A stretch of DNA of 64,000 nt from an uncultured Candidatus Saccharibacteria bacterium (GCA_963520835.1 CAUQSJ010000004.1:18158-82157), one strand, 5' to 3'. Shown: positions 16,116 to 25,562, numbered from the stretch's first letter. Notes: generated from the letters alone by a model not told the origin. Translations and numbers: made by a program.

Positions 16116-18458
16116 TTAGGCCTTTCCTAGAGAGGACTTAGCGGTATGCTTGGCGTGTTCGCGGGCGGCCTTTTCGGCTTTGGTGTAGGTGCCAGAAACA
16201 TTGTGTTTGACACGGTCATGTTCTTCAGCGCGTTTCGCATCATTCCAACGATCAAGCGAGCCTACAAGGTAGCCAGTAATGCGACGGAGACGTTCAAAAG
16301 GAATCTCTCCTTCAAGACGACCACAAGATGGGCAGCGTTCGCCTGGAATAATTCCAGAAAAACCACAGACTGGGTCGCGATCGACTGGATGGTTAACTGA
16401 GCCGTAGCCAATACCGGAATCGTGCATCTTACGAATGACAGCTTCGAAGGCTTCGATATTTTGTGAAGGGTCGCCATCAAGTTCGACATAAGAAATATGG
16501 CCGGCTGGACAGAGTGCGTGATATGGCGCTTCAATTTCAATTTTTTCAAAGGCTGAGATTGGGAAGTAAACTGGAACATGGAATGAATTGGTGTAGTAGT
16601 CACGATCATTTACGCCCTCAATGAGACCAAATTCCTTGCGGTCCATCTTGGTGAAGCGTCCGGCGAGACCTTCGGCTGGGGTACCAAAGAGTGTGAAATT
16701 GAGGTGATATTTTTGGCTATAATCATCACATCGCTTGGTCATATGTTCGATAATTTCGAGACCTTTCTTTCTGGCTTCTTCATCTTCACCGTGATGTTTG
16801 CCGAGCATAGCTTTGAGAGTTTCGGCAACGCCGATAAAGCCAATAGAAAGTGAGCCGTGCTTGATTACATCGCGTAGGGTATCGTCTGGTCCGAGTTTTT
16901 CGCTACCAAACCAGTTCCCCTCACCCATGAGAAATGGGAAGTTGCGGACGTGTTGATTGGCTTGGAATTCAAAGCGCTCGAGTAGCTGGTCGGCAACTAA
17001 ATCCATTAATTCGTCGAGTTCTTTATAGAAGCCTTTCCAGTCTGCTGTTTTACGTTCTTTGAGTGCGATGCCATGTTTAATGCCAAGGCGGACTAGGTTA
17101 ATAGTGGTAAAAGATAGATTACCACGACTGGTTGCGATTCCATTGGATTCTGGGAAGATAGAAGAGAAAACGCGAGTACGACAACCCATGGTAGCAATCT
17201 CAGTATTATAGTCGCCTTTCTTGTAGTACTTGATATTGAATGGAGCATCGATGAAGGTGAAATTCGGGAAGAGACGCTTGGAGGAGACTTCCATACTGCG
17301 CTTGAAGAGGTCGTAGTTTGGATCTTCTGGATTGTAATTGACGCCCTCTTTTACTTTAAAAACTGAGATTGGGAAGATTGGTGTCTCGCCGCGACCAAGA
17401 CCTCGTTCAGTAGCTTCGAGAAGCATCTTGGAAACGAGACGACCTGATTCGGTGGTATCGGTGCCAAAATTAATAGAGGTGAATGGAACTTGGGCGCCAG
17501 CACGGGAGTGCATGGTGTTTAGATTGTGAATGAAGCCCTCCATGGCTTGGAAGGTCTGGTTTTCAGTATCCTTTTTCGCTTCATCAATGACAATGGCTGG
17601 AATCTTGAGAGATTTTAGAGTTTCTTCGTCACCGTATTTAATATCTTCTGGAATGGTTATATCAACTTTTTTACCGGAGAATTCGTTATATTTTTTAAGA
17701 TTAGCGCGGAGGGTTTTCTTAAAAGTTTTGTCGACACCGGGAGCCATAGCGTAATCGAAATTTGGAATAGCCTGGCCGCCGTGTTGCTCATTCTGATTAG
17801 CCTGAAGGATGATGGCAGCAAGTGCAGCATAGGAGCCGATGGAATTTGGTGTACGGAGATGACCATGCCCGGTATTAAAGCCGCCATTAGCGAAGAGTTT
17901 TAATGGATCAGTTTGGCAGCAAGTTAATGTACCGGTGGCATAGAAATCTAGGTCATGAATATGAATGTCACCACGGTCATGAGCGGCACCAAAACGTGGT
18001 TCCATGAGAACAGATTTGGCGAAAAACTTAGCACCTTCGGCACCAAATTGAAGCATTTTACCCATAGCGGAGTTACCGTCGACGTTCGCATTACTACGCT
18101 TAATGTCTGAATTTTGTTTGGCATCAAGTACGGCAATGGTGCGATAGGCATCCATGAGGCTGGTTTGAGCCATGCGGCGAACCGTGCGCTCATTGCGGTA
18201 AGAAATATAAGCTTTGGCGGTTTTCTTATAACTTGATTCCATGAGAACTTTTTCAACAATATCTTGAATTTGTTCGACGGATGGGGTTTTCTTTTGGTCA
18301 AGTTTTTCAAATTCTGAAACAACTTTTTCAGCTAGGCGCTTGGCGCGTTCTTCTTTGAATTCTTCAGTGGCAGCACCAGCTTTTTTGATGGCATTGGTGA
18401 TTTTTTCGATATCAAATGGGACAACTTTTCCATCTCGCTTGACAACTTTTTTGAGCAT
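16116..18458 (-). CDS. nrdD: anaerobic (class III) ribonucleoside-triphosphate reductase with an N-terminal ATP-cone
   Basis: 780 aa. ATP-cone VVKRDGKVVPFDIEKI, C-terminal Zn ribbon CPSCG, glycyl-radical motif RRITGYLVG. Confidence 0.95.
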   Translation of the reverse strand: MLKKVVKRDGKVVPFDIEKITNAIKKAGAATEEFKEERAKRLAEKVVSEFEKLDQKKTPSVEQIQDIVEKVLMESSYKKTAKAYISYRNERTVRRMAQTSLMDAYRTIAVLDAKQNSDIKRSNANVDGNSAMGKMLQFGAEGAKFFAKSVLMEPRFGAAHDRGDIHIHDLDFYATGTLTCCQTDPLKLFANGGFNTGHGHLRTPNSIGSYAALAAIILQANQNEQHGGQAIPNFDYAMAPGVDKTFKKTLRANLKKYNEFSGKKVDITIPEDIKYGDEETLKSLKIPAIVIDEAKKDTENQTFQAMEGFIHNLNTMHSRAGAQVPFTSINFGTDTTESGRLVSKMLLEATERGLGRGETPIFPISVFKVKEGVNYNPEDPNYDLFKRSMEVSSKRLFPNFTFIDAPFNIKYYKKGDYNTEIATMGCRTRVFSSIFPESNGIATSRGNLSFTTINLVRLGIKHGIALKERKTADWKGFYKELDELMDLVADQLLERFEFQANQHVRNFPFLMGEGNWFGSEKLGPDDTLRDVIKHGSLSIGFIGVAETLKAMLGKHHGEDEEARKKGLEIIEHMTKRCDDYSQKYHLNFTLFGTPAEGLAGRFTKMDRKEFGLIEGVNDRDYYTNSFHVPVYFPISAFEKIEIEAPYHALCPAGHISYVELDGDPSQNIEAFEAVIRKMHDSGIGYGSVNHPVDRDPVCGFSGIIPGERCPSCGRLEGEIPFERLRRITGYLVGSLDRWNDAKRAEEHDRVKHNVSGTYTKAEKAAREHAKHTAKSSLGKA

Positions 18459-18517
18459 AAAAAATAAATCTCCTTATTCTAACAATCTTCTCTTTTAATT
18501 ATTTTTGTTTGCTTTTT

Positions 18518-18593
18518 ACGCTATATATGTTTTGGCAATTACGCTATATATAGTGTCTATGCTTATTCTATAACGCTATATGTAGCGTGTCAA
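18518..18593 (-). promoter_or_regulatory. nrdDG promoter with NrdR boxes
   Basis: Minus-strand -35 TTGACA (18588-18593), 17-nt spacer, -10 TAGAAT (18565-18570). 16-bp NrdR-type palindromes: ACGCTATATGTAGCGT (18573-18588, inside the spacer) and ACGCTATATATAGTGT (18541-18556, over the predicted TSS). A half-degenerate third box ACGCTATATATGTTTT lies at 18518-18533. The two full boxes are 32 bp apart. Confidence 0.75.
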
Positions 18594-18613
18594 CATAAAA
18601 TTGGTTGTACTAT

Positions 18614-18642
18614 TTAGACATTTTATGTTATAGATGTATAAT
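18614..18642 (+). promoter_or_regulatory. sigma70-like promoter giving a (near) leaderless mRNA
   Basis: -35 TTAGAC (18614-18619), 17-nt spacer, -10 TATAAT (18637-18642). The ATG at 18651 is only 8 nt after the -10, and there is no SD. Confidence 0.45.
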
Positions 18643-18650
18643 ATTCAGAG

Positions 18651-18845
18651 ATGAGAAAAAAGTTGAATAATAATAAAGTTATTATGCCGGAAAAGTGCTG
18701 GGTGGGTGATTCACAGAAAATCTGTTACAAGACTCGTGAAGAAGCCGAGGTGGCCGCTATGGTGGCGGCGCATGATTATCACGCGCCGACGTTATCTGTG
18801 TATCGTTGTGAATATGGCGACCACTATCACTTGTCTTCTCGGTAA
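18651..18845 (+). CDS. hypothetical small protein (64 aa)
   Basis: ORF ending ..VYRCEYGDHYHLSSR. Transcribed divergently from nrdDG. No confident family assignment. Confidence 0.45.
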   Translation: MRKKLNNNKVIMPEKCWVGDSQKICYKTREEAEVAAMVAAHDYHAPTLSVYRCEYGDHYHLSSR

Positions 18846-18883
18846 TTCTTGACAGAAATTTAAGGTGCTGTATTTTAACACAT

Positions 18884-21547
18884 CTACTTAGAATACAGTC
18901 TTCTCTTAAGATATCTAGGTATGCCAGAGTCAGGTACGGCTGGAATAATTTTTTTAGTATTCTTATCTTGGGTAGTTGTTGAGTCTGGCTGTTTCTGATG
19001 ATTAGATTTTTCTTTTGATTCTATGCTCGGATGAGATGAATGATCTTCTTGGTGATTTTTTGTGTTAGGGGTATCGGAGTTATTGTTATGGTCTTCATTA
19101 TTTTTCTCGGAATTAGAATGCTTATCTGGTTTAGATTTATTATCGGTTTTTTGCTTATCGGGCTTTCCGCTCCCTGGCTCCCTTTTATCTTCAGACTCCT
19201 TTTTGCCTTCAGATTCCTTTTTATCTTCGGACTTTTTATTAAAAATGCCACGGAGTCGGTCTGTAAGATTTTCAGTTTGTTCCGAAAAGGCATTATGTTT
19301 TAGAATATCTAATTCTCGAAGTAGGTCGCCAAAATGATTGTCTTCAGGCTCCTCTGGTGGTTTCGGTGGCTCGGAAGGGTCGGGATTGGTGGAGTTATTC
19401 GAATTACTTGGATTATTTGGATTACTTGGATTGCTCGAATCGTTTGTCTTATTGGAGTCGCCTGAATTGCTTGGATTATCTGAATCTTCCGAATCGTCGG
19501 TTTTATCTGGTTTGCTATCCTTGATTGGAATGTTTTGCTCTTCGGTTTTATAGATCCTAGCGTCATCGCCGATATAATGGATTAAAATATGGTGAGCTTT
19601 GGTGGGGTCGAGTTTGTCAAAATTTAGGTTGTCGCTGGAAGTGAACCCTTGAGCCACACCGTCAATAACCAGTAGCTTCTGTTTGGTTTCATGGTGATAA
19701 TTTGGGTTAGAAATTTTAGTCGGAAGCGGGGTGATTTCAGCACGCCATTTACGGCCTTTAAATTCAAGCTCGACGATTTTTGGCCTTAAATCTTCGAATT
19801 CGACAAATTTAGTTGCATAATGCTCAGGATCTTGTTGCAGACGAAGTGGTCGATCAGTGTAGGTGTTGGTGATACTGAAATTATTTCCGTCGAATGTCAC
19901 AGTATAGGTTGGAATATCTCCATTTTGAGCACGAGTCTTTGGCTTATTCTCCACTAACTCTAATTTTTCATCGATGAATTTTTCACTAGCGGCGTTACTA
20001 AAATAATGACCATGCATATCAAGGGTAAAATCATAAACCGAACGGGTATATTCTGACCTACCACCATCGCCATTGATGATAAACGGTGTGAGATGTTTAG
20101 CCTCTAAAAGATATTTAAGCTTCTGGATGTACTCACCACTAGCGTAATCGAAATAGATTTCGGCTGGAGTAGAGAGAATGAAACCTTTAGTGGTGTCGTG
20201 TTGAAGTTTTTGTTCGGACGAAATTTGATAGATTGCTTGGTAGAGGTCAATGATCGATGCGTTTTTCACGGAAGTATTAGACTCGTCGTAATATTGTTTT
20301 AGTTGCTGCTCTAACTGAAGTAGATTGTCGGTGTTGGTATTAAAATCTGTAATTTTTTGATATTTGGCAAAACCATGATGGTCGGTAGCGAAATTTACTT
20401 TATAGATATGAAAAAGTGCATGCCTATGTTTTCTGGCTTCGATATTGCTAATTAGTTTTTTGTATTGCAAAGACAAGGCGGCTGGATTGGCTTTATTAAA
20501 ATTAATGGCGACAATATATTCATGATCGATACTATTGATTTTTGGATGAGCCAAACGATCCTGGAGTTGCTTAATGAAATATGGCGAATAACCAACATTT
20601 AGAGTGCCAGGTTTTGCGAGTTTTTTTGCGCCATGTAGAATTTGACCAATTATATGTGCAGATTCGGCGTAAGCATCGCGGTCTGCATAGGCAAGATGCC
20701 CTGAAATAAGGTTTTGATGGATAAACTGGAATTTTCCGAGATTGATTTCGGAAAATCCTAGTGGGTCAAAGAAGCTACCGCACATAAAATCACCGGAATT
20801 GCACCAAGTACCAATTTTCCCGGAAAACTTAGTGTTTGGCAGATAAGGTTTTTGCGCTCCTAGGATGCCATGCTCTACATCACAATCGGGGACATTAATG
20901 CGATAATCGGAATGTATACCATGATAACATGGTTTGTCCTTACCTTCTCCTTCTGGGAGATGTAATTTAGGATCGCCGAAAGTTGAGAGGTAGATAATTT
21001 TTTCGGGATCAAATGTGCGAATGGCGTGACTCATCACGATGGCGCCCTGAGAATAGCCACCGAGAATAAATTTAGTATTCGGACAGCGATGAGTGATATC
21101 GTGATATAGTGTATGTATTTCGTTGATGCCCGTCGTTACACTATTGTTAAAATAATCATTTTTGCCAGCATGAATATAGGTATCGGCAATTGCTCCGAGA
21201 TTCTCTACGCTCACGGCTGGATATTGATATTTATATCGGTTTGATTCTCCGAGGTCATAAAAATCGTAGGATTTATTTGCTGACTGTAAAACCCCGACGA
21301 GATTATCTTTAAATTTTTGATAATTAATATTAGTCTTAGCTTTCTCTCCTGAACCTCGAGCGAAGACGGCTTGAATGTCTTTGCACTCAACGGCTTTCGA
21401 ATTGACAGAGGCTAGTGGTGTCAGGCTAGTAATACATATAGCCAAAGCACTGGAAAAATAGAGAAAGCGCGGAGTTTTTTGGGGTATCTTAGGCTTAATT
21501 TTGGGTTTTTTACAAACAACAAAATGAGACTGTCTGGATGAGGACAT
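18884..21547 (-). CDS. large secreted protein: N-terminal cutinase-like serine esterase domain, about 350-aa unknown middle region, low-complexity K/D/S/N/P-rich tail
   Basis: Start chosen at ATG 21547 (AGGAAA RBS; the track ORF begins at 21619). Signal-like FLYFSSALAICITSLTPLASVNS. Cutinase hallmarks: C..IQAVFARGSGE and GGYSQGA nucleophile elbow. Tail repeats: SNPSNPNNPSNSNNSTNP and KKESEGKKESEDK. Confidence 0.65.
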   Translation of the reverse strand: MSSSRQSHFVVCKKPKIKPKIPQKTPRFLYFSSALAICITSLTPLASVNSKAVECKDIQAVFARGSGEKAKTNINYQKFKDNLVGVLQSANKSYDFYDLGESNRYKYQYPAVSVENLGAIADTYIHAGKNDYFNNSVTTGINEIHTLYHDITHRCPNTKFILGGYSQGAIVMSHAIRTFDPEKIIYLSTFGDPKLHLPEGEGKDKPCYHGIHSDYRINVPDCDVEHGILGAQKPYLPNTKFSGKIGTWCNSGDFMCGSFFDPLGFSEINLGKFQFIHQNLISGHLAYADRDAYAESAHIIGQILHGAKKLAKPGTLNVGYSPYFIKQLQDRLAHPKINSIDHEYIVAINFNKANPAALSLQYKKLISNIEARKHRHALFHIYKVNFATDHHGFAKYQKITDFNTNTDNLLQLEQQLKQYYDESNTSVKNASIIDLYQAIYQISSEQKLQHDTTKGFILSTPAEIYFDYASGEYIQKLKYLLEAKHLTPFIINGDGGRSEYTRSVYDFTLDMHGHYFSNAASEKFIDEKLELVENKPKTRAQNGDIPTYTVTFDGNNFSITNTYTDRPLRLQQDPEHYATKFVEFEDLRPKIVELEFKGRKWRAEITPLPTKISNPNYHHETKQKLLVIDGVAQGFTSSDNLNFDKLDPTKAHHILIHYIGDDARIYKTEEQNIPIKDSKPDKTDDSEDSDNPSNSGDSNKTNDSSNPSNPNNPSNSNNSTNPDPSEPPKPPEEPEDNHFGDLLRELDILKHNAFSEQTENLTDRLRGIFNKKSEDKKESEGKKESEDKREPGSGKPDKQKTDNKSKPDKHSNSEKNNEDHNNNSDTPNTKNHQEDHSSHPSIESKEKSNHQKQPDSTTTQDKNTKKIIPAVPDSGIPRYLKRRLYSK

Positions 21548-21728
21548 AATTTCCTTTCTATTTTGTATTTTCGGTAAAAGTTCTAATTTGATTATTGGCT
21601 GAAATGCAAAATAAAACAAGTGAAAAGGGGTAAAAATGATGAAAAAATGAACTTTCTTCCCTGTTATTTTAAGAAAAAATTAGTTAAGCATAAGCAAGTT
21701 ATGGAGACAAAATAATGAAAAATAAAAA

Positions 21729-21745
21729 GGAGCCATTGTGGCTCT
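21729..21745 (-). terminator. rho-independent terminator of the 21771-22520 gene
   Basis: Stem GAGCCA/TGGCTC with loop TTG. The minus strand continues CTTTTTATTTTT. Confidence 0.5.
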
Positions 21746-21770
21746 AATAAATAATTGTTGTTATTTTGAG

Positions 21771-22520
21771 TTAATTTTTAAGCTTTGGTAAGACTAGCTC
21801 AGCGATTTTTTCCGGAGTCTCGTAATTAATGAGATGGCCGGCCTGGGGTATAAAATCTACCTCAGCGTGGAATTTTTTGGCAATTTCTTTTACCTTACGA
21901 GATGGATTCATGCGATCTTTTTTACCAGCTATGAAGTAAGCTTGTTTTTCGAAATTAAAATCAGAAATGGAGTAAGACATAGAAAAAACAGCGGCGCGCA
22001 TTTCATCGCGGATCGAAGTAAATTTGTGTGCACACTTATAGGTGAGATCGAGGATTTGGCGTTTCTTATTACGATGAGCGCCCGCAATAAGAAATTCTGT
22101 GCAGACATAGCTAACAAATTTATTAGGTACTAAGGTAATTAGTGGAATTAGGGGCAAAATAAATTTTGGGGGATGAGTGGCGATAGGGCTAAGGAAGAAA
22201 ATTTTGTTATGAATGAGGTGGCTGTATTTTTCGGCAGTGGCGGCAGCGAGAATAGACCCCATGGAATGGCCAATCAGAATTGGGTGGTCTAGATGTTTGT
22301 CGAGGATATAATTCGCGATAAAGTCCGCATAGCCGTCTTTAGTAAAATCGGTAAAATTTGGTAAAGTCTCATTCTGGGTGTTAAAAGCTGGTGGAATATC
22401 GGGACTAAAAACCTGGTACCCCTCAGCTTCGAGCAGTTTTTGAAATTCAGCCAAACCTAAATGATTGCCACGAAAACCATGGACGAGTAGAATGGGTGGT
22501 TTTTGGTCGGATTTTTTCAT
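21771..22520 (-). CDS. alpha/beta hydrolase
   Basis: 249 aa. Motifs LLVHGFRGN, nucleophile elbow GHSMGS, C-terminal AGHL His motif. Confidence 0.75.
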   Translation of the reverse strand: MKKSDQKPPILLVHGFRGNHLGLAEFQKLLEAEGYQVFSPDIPPAFNTQNETLPNFTDFTKDGYADFIANYILDKHLDHPILIGHSMGSILAAATAEKYSHLIHNKIFFLSPIATHPPKFILPLIPLITLVPNKFVSYVCTEFLIAGAHRNKKRQILDLTYKCAHKFTSIRDEMRAAVFSMSYSISDFNFEKQAYFIAGKKDRMNPSRKVKEIAKKFHAEVDFIPQAGHLINYETPEKIAELVLPKLKN

Positions 22521-22523
22521 TAA

Positions 22524-22751
22524 TTAAACAGCTTTAATTTTTTCGAGCGCGTTCAAAATCCCTTCACGATCAAAACCAAGAACTTGAATCGGGTTTTTGT
22601 CGGATTCATCAGTAATGATGGTAATTGGAACCGCGGAAATGCCTGGAAAATTACTAGCATCAAGTTCAACGTATTCAAGATTTTTTTGCTCTAACCAATC
22701 AATAAGAGCGTGGCAATAGCCGCAAGTAGGACTCGTAATGACTTTAATCAT
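22524..22751 (-). CDS. glutaredoxin/NrdH-like small thioredoxin-fold protein
   Basis: 75 aa with a CGYC active site near the N-terminus (SPTCGYCHAL). Confidence 0.7.
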   Translation of the reverse strand: MIKVITSPTCGYCHALIDWLEQKNLEYVELDASNFPGISAVPITIITDESDKNPIQVLGFDREGILNALEKIKAV

Positions 22752-22817
22752 AACATACTTTCGTTGTTAATTATTATATTATTCTAAAACATTTTAGGAA
22801 AAATCACAAGGATTAAA

Positions 22818-24011
22818 CTAGAGCGATTTAGCTTTATCAAGTTGAGGATCTTTGTCTTCGGTGATATCCTGGACGGTGCGATCAATTTCGACGTCTGGCT
22901 TGATTCCGGTCTTATTGATTGAGGAGCCATTCGGTGTATACCAGTGAGCGGTAGTGACCTTGAGTTTACCTCCATCGCTAAGATTGAGCATAGTCTGCAT
23001 GACACCTTTTCCAAAAGAAGTCATACCGACAATAGTGGCTTTTTGATAATCTTTGAGGGCGCCAGCAACGATTTCAGAGGCAGAAGCAGTAGAGCGATTA
23101 ATCAGAACGATGGTTTTGGTGTCCTTAAAAATAGGATTTTTGCCACGAGGGACGTAGTCGGTTTTGTCGTCGTTATGGATAGATTTTTCAATCATATATT
23201 TATCACCGCCGTTAAGCCAAAGAGAGAGCATTTCACCCGCCGCTGAGACATAGCCACCACCGTTATTGCGAAGGTCAAGGATAACTTTATCAACTTGCTT
23301 GGCTTTAGCTTGCTCAGCGAGCTTACGCACAAGAGAGCCGGTGTCTTCGGCGAAGCGGTAAACAGAGATAATGGCGGTTTTATCACTATAGGAAATGTCG
23401 GCGGAGACGTTGTTAATTTTTTCGCGAGTCATTTCGAAAGTCAGAGTGTCGGTACCGCGGAGTACTTCAACTTTAACCTTATCACCGGATTTGCCGCGAA
23501 GTTTTTTGGCGACATCTTCGGTGGTTTTACCATCTACGTTTTCGTCATTAATTTTTACGATACGATCACCTGGTTTAATGCCTGCCTTACGAGCAGGATT
23601 GTCTGGAAGTGTGCGTACTACCACCGTGTGATTGTTGCGAAAAGTTAGCTCCATGCCAACTCCGGCTTCATTAATTTCACCATTGAGATCGGATAAGAAT
23701 TCATTCCCTTCTTTGGCAGTAAGATAAGTAGTGTAGGGATCATCAAGTGCAGCGGCAATACCACGCTTGGCTCCAGTGAGGGCGTTATCTTCCGTGACTT
23801 CACCATCGTAGAAGGATTTTAACTCGGTGTAGAGTTCGTTAAGAGAATCCCAATTCGCTTGTTCGCTTTTACGAAAGCCAATATAAGGAGAAAAATTAGT
23901 AATTATAAATTGCCAATTAGAACCAACAAAAAAACCTGCAACGAGGAAAATAAATGAGGTGATAATTGAAGTGCTAAGATTGATTTTTCGTGGTTTCCAC
24001 TCTGTTTTCAT
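22818..24011 (-). CDS. S41 family C-terminal processing peptidase with a PDZ domain
   Basis: 397 aa. N-terminal TM, PDZ GIKPGDRIVKINDENV, LRNNGGGY, LINRSTASASEIVAGALKD (catalytic Ser region). Confidence 0.88.
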   Translation of the reverse strand: MKTEWKPRKINLSTSIITSFIFLVAGFFVGSNWQFIITNFSPYIGFRKSEQANWDSLNELYTELKSFYDGEVTEDNALTGAKRGIAAALDDPYTTYLTAKEGNEFLSDLNGEINEAGVGMELTFRNNHTVVVRTLPDNPARKAGIKPGDRIVKINDENVDGKTTEDVAKKLRGKSGDKVKVEVLRGTDTLTFEMTREKINNVSADISYSDKTAIISVYRFAEDTGSLVRKLAEQAKAKQVDKVILDLRNNGGGYVSAAGEMLSLWLNGGDKYMIEKSIHNDDKTDYVPRGKNPIFKDTKTIVLINRSTASASEIVAGALKDYQKATIVGMTSFGKGVMQTMLNLSDGGKLKVTTAHWYTPNGSSINKTGIKPDVEIDRTVQDITEDKDPQLDKAKSL

Positions 24012-24061
24012 TATTTAATTATAGCATAATCGGGAAAAGGGTATTCTTTTAATTCTTAGAA

Positions 24062-24089
24062 AAATACCACCGAATGGAGGGTGGTATTT
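24062..24089 (-). terminator. rho-independent terminator after the CHAP gene
   Basis: 10-bp stem AAATACCACC/GGTGGTATTT with an 8-nt loop and a U-run on the minus strand. Confidence 0.5.
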
Positions 24090-24117
24090 TAGTAGTTCCT
24101 GGTTGATTAGAAAGAGT

Positions 24118-25353
24118 TTAGTCGAAATGGATATAGCTGGTGAATTGATTTGGGCTGACGCGAGTACGGACGCCGAAGTCGCCCCATTGACCAGATTTAG
24201 ATGAGTATGGGTTGTTATATTCAGAGACCGTAATAGTGCCATCAGCATTAACAGATTCAACCCAGGCTACGTGACCGAATTGACCACTAGTGGTTTGAGC
24301 GATAGTGTGGGCAGCAGGTACGCGGTCAACACGGTAGCCACGGGCACGAGCGGCGGCGGCCCAGCTATAAGCATTACCCCAACCGGTAATACGAATGTTG
24401 CGGCCATAGTATTCGACAGCCTTGTAAGCGGCGTAGCTGGTACATTGGCAAATGTAGTAAGAGTCTAGAACGCCAGCAATATTGTCACGAGGGCAAGAAT
24501 ATCCGTAATTGCCGACAAATGCCCCGTAACTGTTAAAACCGTCAGCTTTGGTACCGAATCCAGCACTAGTGGAAGCGCGGGAGAGATATTCCTGATACTC
24601 TTTATTAATTAACTTAATCTTTTCTTCCCTGGAAGCGGCAGCTTCTGCAGCGAAGGAAGCGGCATTATCTTTATACTTTAAAATTAATTCCTGTTGCTCG
24701 GCTTTTTTATCTTCGATAGCCTTGCGCTGGATTTGTTGGTCTAAAATAATGCGGTCAATTTCAGTCTTTTGCTTTTCGAGATCGTCTTTCATGGTCTTTA
24801 CATTTTGAGCTGAGGAATTCACCTGGTCTTTAGCGGTGTCAATGCGAGATTTCTTTTCGGCAAAATCTGAAAGTGAGTTACTGCTGGCTAGTACCATAAT
24901 AGCGTCGGTTTCACCTTCAAGGTGAATATTGACTAGCATATTTGCAAGAGCTGCACGTTGAAGTTTAAGTTTTTTAGTAGTGTCTTCAATTTTGATTTTG
25001 AGGTCACTAGCTTCGGCTTCGTTCGCCTTAATGCGTGCTTCGTAGACGATGATTTCCTGTTGCATACGTTCGACTTCACCTTCGAGGGTAACAGCGGCTT
25101 TGGCGGCTTGGTTGGCTTTTTCGGCGGCTTCGACTTCAGCTTTTTTGGCGGTACGGCAGGCAGCGCTAGTACAGTAGGCCTCATTCTCTACTGCTGAAAC
25201 ATTAGAGTTGTTCTTTTGAATGAATGGAATAGAGCCTAAAATGAGCGCAAAAATTAGGGTAAAAATAAGAGTACGACCTTTTTTCATGGTTTTAACTTTA
25301 CGATAATTTTTTGCGTTTTTTCGAATCTTAAAATTGTTTTTTATTTTGCTCAT
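24118..25353 (-). CDS. PcsB-like secreted peptidoglycan hydrolase: coiled-coil N-terminal domain plus C-terminal CHAP domain
   Basis: Start taken at ATG 25353 (GGAG 9 nt upstream; the track ORF starts at GTG 25368). Long coiled coil. CHAP motifs: CQCTSYAAYK (Cys) and GHVAWVESV (His). Confidence 0.8.
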   Translation of the reverse strand: MSKIKNNFKIRKNAKNYRKVKTMKKGRTLIFTLIFALILGSIPFIQKNNSNVSAVENEAYCTSAACRTAKKAEVEAAEKANQAAKAAVTLEGEVERMQQEIIVYEARIKANEAEASDLKIKIEDTTKKLKLQRAALANMLVNIHLEGETDAIMVLASSNSLSDFAEKKSRIDTAKDQVNSSAQNVKTMKDDLEKQKTEIDRIILDQQIQRKAIEDKKAEQQELILKYKDNAASFAAEAAASREEKIKLINKEYQEYLSRASTSAGFGTKADGFNSYGAFVGNYGYSCPRDNIAGVLDSYYICQCTSYAAYKAVEYYGRNIRITGWGNAYSWAAAARARGYRVDRVPAAHTIAQTTSGQFGHVAWVESVNADGTITVSEYNNPYSSKSGQWGDFGVRTRVSPNQFTSYIHFD

Positions 25354-25434
25354 TAAACTATACTCCACTATAATTTAATTTGTTATTTCGGTATCTTACG
25401 ATACTTTTGATATATTTTAGCATACGATGGTATG

Positions 25435-25562
25435 AAAAAGCAATGCTTATTTTGGCTTGGTGGAAGAAAAAGCTCTGCTTATTTTAAGCAGAGCGGAATA
25501 ACGCGATTAGGTAATTTAAGCAGAGCGGAATAAAATATTAGAGTCGCTTGAGATATTTGCGG
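25435..25562 (-). repeat. about 4 degenerate tandem 32-bp units derived from the ftsX 3' end
   Basis: Units at 25435-25466, 25467-25498, 25499-25530 and 25531-25562 (coding end, TAA 25538-25540). AAGCAGAGCGGAATAA occurs twice (25486, 25518). AAAAAGC..TGCTTATTTT occurs twice (25435, 25467). Unit C and the coding unit share TAA..ATTAG..GCGG. Confidence 0.65.
25472..25494 (-). terminator. rho-independent terminator of ftsEX
   Basis: 9-bp stem GCTCTGCTT/AAGCAGAGC with loop ATTTT. The minus strand continues TTTTTC. Confidence 0.6.
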
